DNA of 64,000 bases from the IMG/VR virus record IMGVR_UViG_3300016476_000987; one strand, given 5' to 3'. This document shows, one piece after another, positions 56,905-64,000 of this stretch (within the stretch, counting starts at the first letter, position 1; each line of letters begins with the position of its first letter). Below the pieces are notes generated by a model. The model had not been told where the DNA came from and ran no database searches. It saw nothing but the letters and a program-made list of their open reading frames with translations. Origin of the DNA: a virus. Taxonomy: Duplodnaviria; Heunggongvirae; Uroviricota; Caudoviricetes. The translations under genes and the position numbers were made by a program.

Positions 56905-57154
56905 AAATATGGTGTTTGATGAAGTTCTATGGTTATCCATGAACTCAGAAGGAGGTATAAGCTATGCAGATGCATATCATATGCCGGTAGCATACAGAAA
57001 TCTTAACATTAAAAAGATATCCGAAATAAACAAAAAAAGAAACGAAGAAATAGAAAAAGCAAGAGGAAATGGTACTTCTATGGATATGGATAGTTTATCC
57101 AAGCCTAAAATAGATATACCAGACTTTATAACACAAAGAGCCGCTAAAAAATAG
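56873..57154 (+). CDS. Small tail-assembly ORF overlapping the gp26-like C-terminus in the +1 frame (alternative own start ATG 56909)
   Basis: FFGLTSAYRNMVFDEVLWL...YHMPVAYR; overlap contains TTTTTTT 56878-56884. Confidence 0.7.
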   Translation: MTFFGLTSAYRNMVFDEVLWLSMNSEGGISYADAYHMPVAYRNLNIKKISEINKKRNEEIEKARGNGTSMDMDSLSKPKIDIPDFITQRAAKK

Positions 57155-57163
57155 CGGTTTTTT
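57140..57163 (+). terminator. Rho-independent terminator overlapping the stop codon
   Basis: GCCGCTA-AAAAA-TAGCGGT then a T run. Confidence 0.7.
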
Positions 57164-57164
57164 A

Positions 57165-57173
57165 ATATTTATA
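57165..57173 (+). promoter_or_regulatory. Putative late promoter ATATTTATA
   Basis: 17 nt before tape measure ATG. Confidence 0.6.
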
Positions 57174-57190
57174 TCTAAAGAGAAATCTAA

Positions 57191-59461
57191 ATGGCATTAT
57201 CAACAGCTAGTGGAAGTATAGATACTACAGTCCTAGAAAATCAGTTAAATCTTTCTAATGATATACTAAAAATAACTGAGGCAATTAGAAATGAGTCTGC
57301 TGGTATTAAATTAACTTATGCTGTCCAAACAGATTCTTTAGCAGCTCAAGTTAAGCATATGATTCAATATGCTAAAGACGTAAGAAGAATTCTACAAATA
57401 GGAACAGAAACTAAGCATTTACAAGAGGACATTCTTGGTATCAATAATAAACTTGGATTAGAGTATATAAAGCAAGAAACGATTCAAAAAAGAATAAATA
57501 CACAAAATGCTATAAAAAATGAATTGCAAGCTGAATTTGATAGAGCATATGAGAAAGTGCAAGCTGAGAGATCAAAAGGAATGACTGCAAGAGAGGCAAT
57601 GGAGAGCGAAGCCGGTACTTATTTAAAAGCAGTTATGCAGTCACAAAAAGCTAATGAATCTAATTTAATTATTTTAAATAAAATAAATAGTAAATTAGCT
57701 CAGGCAAATAATCAAGTAATTAAAACTACAAGTGCATCAAAAGCATTACAGCAGGCTTTAAGTAACATAAGTAACATTCCGTTAATAGGAAAGTTTTTAG
57801 AAGCTGAAAAAGTATTTGATGCTTTTACTGTATCTAAAATAGCTGGATTTAAAGAATTAAAAAATCAATTTAAATCTATGCTTGATATTCCTATAGTGCG
57901 AGCTGCTTTACTTGCTACTGCTGTTGGATTTGTTATTGATAAACTTAAACAAGCCGCTAAATTAGTTTTAGAAGTAGATAAGAATATAGTAGCAGTTGGT
58001 AATAGTTTGGGAGTTGCTAAAGAGGGAGCTGATTTATTAGTTAGAAGCGTTTATAATACTGAGCAGCCCGTAAATAATTTAAAAGGACTATTAGAGGGAA
58101 TATTCATTACTACCGGTAATATATCAAAAGCAATATTATCATTGCAAGATAGTTTTGGTATAGCAGCAGTTTTTAGTAAAGAAATGGTACAAAGCCAAAT
58201 TCTCTTAACAGAACAGCTTGGATTTAGTAATGAAGAGGCTGCCGGAATACAAAAGTACTTTTATACTTCCGGAGTAAGTGCGAAAGGTGTTTTAGATACT
58301 ATAACAAAAACTAATAAGTATTTTCTAAATAATAGAAAGATTATATCTGAAATTTCTAAAGTAAATAGCGAAATAGCCACTTCCTATAAAAATCAAGTAG
58401 GGGCATTAGCAAATGCTGTAGTTCAGGCTAGTAGATTAGGTATGACTTTAGATGATACCAGGAAAATCTCTGATAGCCTTTTAAACTTTGAAAGTTCAAT
58501 TGAAAATGAATTAAAAGCAGAACTTTTATTGGGTAGGGAATTAAATTATGAAAAAGCACGGTCTTTAGCATTAGATGGTAAGTCGGCGGAAGCTGCTGCT
58601 TTACTAGTAGAACAGACTGGCGGATTAAACAGGTTGAATCAATTAAATGTAATCCAAAGAAAAGCATTAGCTGAATCCATAGGATTATCGGCTGAAGAAC
58701 TAACTAAATTTGCTCAACAAGAGCAAATCATTCAAAGAGCGGGGTTTGATACTTTAGAAAATACTAAAGCTTTGTATGAACAATATAAAGCAACAGGAAA
58801 AGAAAAGCAAGCCCAAGCATTATTAGACTCTGTATCTAAGCAACAAAATGGAGAAATGTTAGCTCAAGATATAGCAAGAATAGATATAAATAAACGATTT
58901 GAGCAATCTATGTTAAAAATAAAAGATGTGTTTGCTACACTACTTGCCGGACCTTTGACAGGTATTTTAGAGGCATTATCAACAGGACTAGAGTTTGTAT
59001 CTCAGTGGAAAGGTCTATTGAAAGGGCTTGTTGTTGTAGCTCTTGCGCTAAAGGCAGCTTTACTTGTTTCAGCCATAGCGTCTGTTATAGCTACTGGAGG
59101 AGCATCATTAGCTGCGGGTTTAATAGTAGGAGGAGCGGCTGGTCTATATGCCCTAGCATCGTCTGATTCTTCCAGTTCAGATACTACTGAAATAAAAGAC
59201 GGAGCTATATCCCCCAAAGGAAGCCTAATGATCAGTACTCCTGAAGGACAAATGTTTAAAACTAGTAAGAACGATTATTTATACGCTACGCCTACTCCTC
59301 CAAATCAAATGCTTTCCGGTAATAACAATGCTCCTAATAACGGAGAAACAAATGCACTACTGAGAGAGATGGTAGCTTTAATGAGATCCGGTGGTGTGGT
59401 TAATATGGATGGTATAAAAGTAGGAGAAGTTATTGGTAGGACCAATATTTCATTTGGATAA
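57191..59461 (+). CDS. Tape measure protein
   Basis: Long helical Ala/Leu/Lys/Glu protein, LLNFESSIENELKAELLLG, late Gly/Ala hydrophobic segment; position between chaperone and baseplate genes. Confidence 0.85.
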   Translation: MALSTASGSIDTTVLENQLNLSNDILKITEAIRNESAGIKLTYAVQTDSLAAQVKHMIQYAKDVRRILQIGTETKHLQEDILGINNKLGLEYIKQETIQKRINTQNAIKNELQAEFDRAYEKVQAERSKGMTAREAMESEAGTYLKAVMQSQKANESNLIILNKINSKLAQANNQVIKTTSASKALQQALSNISNIPLIGKFLEAEKVFDAFTVSKIAGFKELKNQFKSMLDIPIVRAALLATAVGFVIDKLKQAAKLVLEVDKNIVAVGNSLGVAKEGADLLVRSVYNTEQPVNNLKGLLEGIFITTGNISKAILSLQDSFGIAAVFSKEMVQSQILLTEQLGFSNEEAAGIQKYFYTSGVSAKGVLDTITKTNKYFLNNRKIISEISKVNSEIATSYKNQVGALANAVVQASRLGMTLDDTRKISDSLLNFESSIENELKAELLLGRELNYEKARSLALDGKSAEAAALLVEQTGGLNRLNQLNVIQRKALAESIGLSAEELTKFAQQEQIIQRAGFDTLENTKALYEQYKATGKEKQAQALLDSVSKQQNGEMLAQDIARIDINKRFEQSMLKIKDVFATLLAGPLTGILEALSTGLEFVSQWKGLLKGLVVVALALKAALLVSAIASVIATGGASLAAGLIVGGAAGLYALASSDSSSSDTTEIKDGAISPKGSLMISTPEGQMFKTSKNDYLYATPTPPNQMLSGNNNAPNNGETNALLREMVALMRSGGVVNMDGIKVGEVIGRTNISFG

Positions 59462-59462
59462 C

Positions 59463-59471
59463 ATATTTATA
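59463..59471 (+). promoter_or_regulatory. Putative late promoter ATATTTATA
   Basis: 13 nt before ATG 59485. Confidence 0.6.
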
Positions 59472-59484
59472 TTAAACAAATACA

Positions 59485-59712
59485 ATGGCATTAAAAGATC
59501 TTCAATCTAAACTACAAAATCAAGGCCCCGGCAAAAGACCTGGAGATTTTGAATTTAAAGCTAATTCTACTCTGCATAACGTGTCTTCTACTTTTGGTAG
59601 ACCGGGATTTAGTACTTACAAAAGCCTGTATCTAAGAGGACAGAGGCCTGTAAACCCTTCTTTCCTTTTCCCTGAGAAGCCTAAAAAGTATCTTGACAAT
59701 CTTCCTGGATAA
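59485..59712 (+). CDS. Small hypothetical virion-region protein
   Basis: 75 aa, coupled to the next gene by TAATG. Confidence 0.55.
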   Translation: MALKDLQSKLQNQGPGKRPGDFEFKANSTLHNVSSTFGRPGFSTYKSLYLRGQRPVNPSFLFPEKPKKYLDNLPG

Positions 59713-61661
59713 TGCCGTCATTAAAAGACTTAGCCAATACAGTAGCTGATTTTAGATACTATAGCGGTGTAGGGAATTTTACGGCTAGAAATCTTCCTTA
59801 CGGGGAAGAAGAGCCTTTATTTACTACGGCTGTAGGATTTAGATGGAGCCCTTCCAACTTTGATGGAGGAGTGGTTCCTTTTGGTGCTGTAACTAGAGCA
59901 TCGAGAGGAGCTGCTGACCTATTTAGAATAGGTAAATGGCTGAGTAGGGATCCTAAAGGCCCCTTATTTGTCGTAAAACAATCTATACTACAGAGATCTA
60001 ATCCTAATATTGAGTTCCCCAAAGAAGTTAGCATAGGGGATAATAACTTAGGAGTATCTAAAAACTTTGGTCCTACTAGAGTATATAGTCCTCTACCTTT
60101 AATAGCACAAGTAGTGGGATCTGTGGTAGGTACTAAATTCATGAGACATGGGTTCTTACCTCAATTTTCAGATACTACTGCTTATGAGAAGTATGTATAC
60201 GGAAAAGATAAATCTAGTGGAGGTAATGAAAATAGACTTTATGTCCTTTATAATAAACTATCTAATATAGATAGCGAAGAATCTAAAGGAGGGTACGTAT
60301 TGTCTTATAGAGGAGGACCCGGGTCTTTTCTTGGAATAGGTAAAACTGTTATTCCTAGGTACGGAGATACTTTGTTGACTCAACCTACAAATGAAAAAAT
60401 AAGCAATTATTTAGATTTATGGAGTGATGACTATTTAAATTTAGATAATAAATCAGATTTTCTTCCTTTATTATCTAAATTATTATCAAATAAAAACAGC
60501 ACTCAATCATTATTAAAGACGGTAGTACAATATAAATATCCTTTAAGAAATGGCTACGGAAGAGGAGTAGAACAGATAAACAGATATGGAAACGTACTTT
60601 TTGTATCTAGTGCAGATCTTAAAGGATTTACGCCCATTCCTATACAAAATACTGTTACCGCTGAGTACTTATATGGATTTACTTCTACTGATGACATAAA
60701 AACACAGTTTTTAATTGATTCTAGTAAAACAGGTTCCGCAGAAAATACTTTTGTATTAGGGCAGAATCAGGACTATAGAGTCTATAAAAATTTATTACCA
60801 GGAGCCACTACTCTTCCTACTGGAAGCTATCAGTCTCAAAATCTAGAATCTAGAATAGGAGTCTCAAGGGCTAGAAAATCATTTGATAAATCAAATGGAG
60901 TAGCTTCTGAAAAAATAAATAGAGGTACTCACGATAAAGTAAACTATTTATCTCTTTATTCTAGCACCGGGCCAACTCCTACTGATACTTTTGATGTAAA
61001 TGGAAACAAAGTAGAATACACTCCTTCTTATAATGGAGCAGGAGTAAGAGACTTAATTAAGTTTAGAATAAAAATTATTAATAACGATAAAGCTCCTAAT
61101 GGGGTTTATATTGTATTCAGATCTTATATCAATAGTATTAAAAGAACTGTAACTCCTAAATGGAATCCTTACAACTATATTGGAAGAGGAGAATCTTTTT
61201 ATGCATATGATGGATTTACAGAGACAATAAACATGTCTTTTACTGTAGCGGCTTCTAGCAGACTAGAAATGAAGCCTTTATATCAAAAACTAAACTACTT
61301 AATATCCTCTCTTGCTCCTGATTATGCTAGTGACGGTAAAATGAGAGGAAACATAGCAGAGCTGACAGTAGGAAACTTCTTACTATACCAACCTGGGGTT
61401 ATAACCGGACTAGATATGACTATAGATGAAGACTCTAACTGGGAAACAGCGATAGATGAGGATGGGGTAGATAGCGACATGCATCAGCTTCCTCAGCTGA
61501 TTAAATGCAATATGAGCTTTATTCCTATATATAATTTCTTACCTAAAAAAGGATTCCAGTCTCCTTTTATAGGCATAGACAAATTCCCAGGAGTAAAAGA
61601 TAATCAAAGGTGGCTACGTTCTAGTGAAGTTATAAACCAAACTCTTACTACTACACCATGA
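59712..61661 (+). CDS. Baseplate/tail-tube initiator protein (gp48/gp54-like C-terminal domain)
   Basis: VFRSYI...WNPYNYIGRGESFYAYDGF...MSFTV...KLNYL...LTVGNFL tube-fold motif after the tape measure gene. Confidence 0.7.
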   Translation: MPSLKDLANTVADFRYYSGVGNFTARNLPYGEEEPLFTTAVGFRWSPSNFDGGVVPFGAVTRASRGAADLFRIGKWLSRDPKGPLFVVKQSILQRSNPNIEFPKEVSIGDNNLGVSKNFGPTRVYSPLPLIAQVVGSVVGTKFMRHGFLPQFSDTTAYEKYVYGKDKSSGGNENRLYVLYNKLSNIDSEESKGGYVLSYRGGPGSFLGIGKTVIPRYGDTLLTQPTNEKISNYLDLWSDDYLNLDNKSDFLPLLSKLLSNKNSTQSLLKTVVQYKYPLRNGYGRGVEQINRYGNVLFVSSADLKGFTPIPIQNTVTAEYLYGFTSTDDIKTQFLIDSSKTGSAENTFVLGQNQDYRVYKNLLPGATTLPTGSYQSQNLESRIGVSRARKSFDKSNGVASEKINRGTHDKVNYLSLYSSTGPTPTDTFDVNGNKVEYTPSYNGAGVRDLIKFRIKIINNDKAPNGVYIVFRSYINSIKRTVTPKWNPYNYIGRGESFYAYDGFTETINMSFTVAASSRLEMKPLYQKLNYLISSLAPDYASDGKMRGNIAELTVGNFLLYQPGVITGLDMTIDEDSNWETAIDEDGVDSDMHQLPQLIKCNMSFIPIYNFLPKKGFQSPFIGIDKFPGVKDNQRWLRSSEVINQTLTTTP

Positions 61662-61957
61662 GATATACTAACGTTCCCATAGAAAAAGATCCGTCTACCG
61701 GTAGACGATATTATAAGGCGTTAAAATATCCTTTTATTCCTTATAGCGATAGTGATTTGTATATTATAACTAGAGCCGGAGATAGGTTAGATATACTTGC
61801 CGATCATTATTATAATGCTGTAGATGACTATTGGATCATCATGGCAGCAAATGATATTCCTAGAGACAGCCTATACCCTCCTATAGGAATACAACTTAGA
61901 ATACCTATAGATACTTCGTATGTTAGAGAATTGTTTGATAAAATAAACAATTTGTAA
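61658..61957 (+). CDS. LysM-like baseplate wedge protein (gp53-like)
   Basis: GDRLDILADHYY...YWIIMAAN...GIQLRIP. Confidence 0.8.
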   Translation: MRYTNVPIEKDPSTGRRYYKALKYPFIPYSDSDLYIITRAGDRLDILADHYYNAVDDYWIIMAANDIPRDSLYPPIGIQLRIPIDTSYVRELFDKINNL

Positions 61958-61968
61958 AATAAGTTTTA

Positions 61969-64000
61969 ATGTCTATATTTAAGTCTACATTTAAGCAATT
62001 TGTTAAAGATCAAATAACGGCCAGAGAAGATCTACTATCCTCTGAGTCAAGAGATATTAAGTTTCAACAGTACGTGTCTGCCAATCTTCCTTGGGCCAGA
62101 ATGGTATCCTTTGTAGATTATAAACAACCAGGAGATTTTAGACTAGCTCAGAACTATACTTTGTTTGGAGGAACTCTATATAACGAAAGAGATTCTGGAG
62201 GTCAAGCGACTGGTAGAGTAAGTCTTAGATCCGGTATATACGGAAATACTAATATACTAAAAGGATCAGCGTACGGGTCTAGTTTAGGAGATAAAGAATA
62301 TGGTATACGGCCTATGCCAGGAATAGAGTCTATTAATGTCAGATCTTTAGGAGCTTATGGTTCTTTAAGAGAAACCACAATTAAGTATTATGCTTGGGAT
62401 CTTACTCAATTAGAAAATCTAAACATACTGTATATGAAACCGGGATATCCGGTTTTAGTAGAATGGGGATGGTCTTTATATTTAGACAAAAATAGAAGTG
62501 TAAATAAAGATTTTGTATTAATAAATCCTTTTAATTTAGGAGTGACTTTAGACGGTTTATATAAAGAAATAAATAAAAAAACAGGAGACTATAACGGTAA
62601 TTACGATGCAAGTATAGGATTGATAAAGAACTATAGTTACACTCTAATGCCAAATGGAGGTTTTGAGTGTGTTACTACATTAATAAGTATGGGAGAAGTT
62701 ATTGACTCTATAAAAGTCAATAGCATATCTAATAAGCTAGATGTTAAAACTACTAATTCAGATGATGAATTTGTAACTCTTTTGACCCTTATATCTAATT
62801 TTAAATATGAATTAGATACTGATGAAAATATTGTATATAATAAGTACTTTCCATTTAAAAGAGATCAATACATACCAACTAATAGAAATAATTCTAATCC
62901 TGTAAATTTTGTATCTCCAATTAATGAATTACCTTATTCTAAATTTAAAGAAGTATTAGATACAGCAATAGGAGATAAAACTGTATACACGTTTGGAACA
63001 GTAGATGACACAAAGAAACTTCCCGGAGGTGATATTAGGTATACTAAATTCATTTCTTTACCTTTTTTTATACATATATTAAACAATTGTACAAATATAT
63101 TTTTATCTAAAGGTAGCACTTTATCTAGTATAGAAGTACCTCTTGGATTCCCTGAGGACTATGGGAATGGGTATTGTGTGTCTTCTCGTAATGCAATTTC
63201 TATAAATAATGATGTTTGTGTAATATATAATGATTCGGCAGATAAATTTGATAGTAAAAATGGATTTTTTCCTGAAACTTCCCCACACAAACTAACAAAC
63301 ATTTTCTATGACGAATATGTTAATTTAGGTAAATTATCAGGGATATATCTAAATATAGGCAACATTATAAGTACCTATAAACAAATGCATGAATCTAATC
63401 AAGGTTCTGTAGAACTTAGGCCTTTTTTACAAAAAATATTAGATGATGTAGCCTATACGTTAGGATCTATAAATAATTTTGATATTGTAGTTATAGATAA
63501 TAAAGGCATTATAATAGATAAGCATTATGTAGAAGATCCAAATTCTGCTGGGGTTTTAAATAAGTTTGAGCTTAATATAATGGGGACTAGGACTACTGTA
63601 AAAGAACATAAAGTAGTCTCTAAAATATTTGAAGAACAGGCTACTATGATAGCTATAGCTGCTCAAGACAGAGCTAATGTAGCTTCTTTTCAATCTTCTA
63701 CTCAGGTAGCGCTAAATAAAAATATCTATAACAGATTATATCTAAATACTTCTAATAGAGAATCTTTAGATGAATCTGAAAATAGAGATATAATCTATAA
63801 AAATATACAATCACTTTTTTTATTTGCTAAAGAATATATTATTAAAGGAAAAAGACCCGTTTACTCTGATGTAACTTTGACAGCACTAAACACATATTTA
63901 AATCAATTACTAACTGTTGCTGATAAAGCCACCGATTTTAAAGCTATAGTTCCTATTTCTTTAGAAGTAAAAATGGATGGAATATCCGGAATAACTATAG
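61969..64000 (+). CDS. Large baseplate hub protein (gp27-like), 3'-truncated and absent from the ORF track
   Basis: ATG 61969 MSIFKSTFKQFVKDQ... WARMVS ... GIRPMPGIESINV ... GSLRETTI ... LYMKPGYPVLVEWGW; the frame appears to run off the window end. Confidence 0.7.
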   Translation, partial: MSIFKSTFKQFVKDQITAREDLLSSESRDIKFQQYVSANLPWARMVSFVDYKQPGDFRLAQNYTLFGGTLYNERDSGGQATGRVSLRSGIYGNTNILKGSAYGSSLGDKEYGIRPMPGIESINVRSLGAYGSLRETTIKYYAWDLTQLENLNILYMKPGYPVLVEWGWSLYLDKNRSVNKDFVLINPFNLGVTLDGLYKEINKKTGDYNGNYDASIGLIKNYSYTLMPNGGFECVTTLISMGEVIDSIKVNSISNKLDVKTTNSDDEFVTLLTLISNFKYELDTDENIVYNKYFPFKRDQYIPTNRNNSNPVNFVSPINELPYSKFKEVLDTAIGDKTVYTFGTVDDTKKLPGGDIRYTKFISLPFFIHILNNCTNIFLSKGSTLSSIEVPLGFPEDYGNGYCVSSRNAISINNDVCVIYNDSADKFDSKNGFFPETSPHKLTNIFYDEYVNLGKLSGIYLNIGNIISTYKQMHESNQGSVELRPFLQKILDDVAYTLGSINNFDIVVIDNKGIIIDKHYVEDPNSAGVLNKFELNIMGTRTTVKEHKVVSKIFEEQATMIAIAAQDRANVASFQSSTQVALNKNIYNRLYLNTSNRESLDESENRDIIYKNIQSLFLFAKEYIIKGKRPVYSDVTLTALNTYLNQLLTVADKATDFKAIVPISLEVKMDGISGITI

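Noticed and set aside
2308-59471. TATAAATA on the minus strand as classical T4 late promoters driving antisense genes
   Set aside because: There are no credible minus-strand genes downstream; position relative to + strand starts and terminators favours the + strand reading. Antisense RNA cannot be excluded without transcript data.
2377-63119. Other minus-strand and off-frame ORFs in the track (for example 11688-12179, 21197-21700, 24234-24755, 53568-53993, 62934-63119)
   Set aside because: All lie within well-supported + strand genes and translate to the Phe/Leu/Ser-rich mirror of Lys/Glu-rich sense proteins.
1-64000. Stop-codon reassignment
   Set aside because: Core genes are full length in code 11, and TAA, TAG and TGA all terminate genes at sensible boundaries.
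1-64000. tRNA, rRNA or other large ncRNA genes
   Set aside because: Intergenic gaps are at most about 170 nt and none shows cloverleaf or T-loop motifs by eye; a tRNAscan/Infernal run would be needed to be certain.

Overview
A 64-kb segment of a large, AT-rich myophage with a T4-type morphogenesis module. All supportable genes are on the + strand. The host is most likely Bacteroidota, inferred from one TTTG-N20-TAnnTTTG promoter and A-rich start contexts that almost all lack a Shine-Dalgarno. Gene order: glycosyltransferases, a small replication/nuclease island (GIY-YIG-like, primase), a long block of probable head-associated proteins, terL, a free-standing homing endonuclease, portal, core proteins, prohead protease, scaffold, major capsid, phoH, neck and tail completion, two giant modular fibres (3174 and 1721 aa), a lectin, sheath, tube, hub/chaperone, tape measure, baseplate. 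Signals not explained by routine annotation: (1) a shared M-(I)K-L-x-D-(I/L)-L-x-E leader and internal L/I-x-E sites on many unrelated cargo proteins, suggesting a capsid-targeting and protease-maturation payload system; (2) about 20 copies of ATATTTAT(A/T) directly upstream of late genes, in two cases inside hairpins that could lock translation of read-through RNA; (3) a T7 slippery site suggesting a +1/-2 frameshift just upstream of the tape measure gene; (4) a variable 60-bp LRR-like array on a three-domain protein; (5) short hairpins upstream of both fibre genes. Family calls are from motif recognition by eye; no database searches were run. No tRNA, rRNA, CRISPR array, reverse transcriptase or recoded stop codon was seen.
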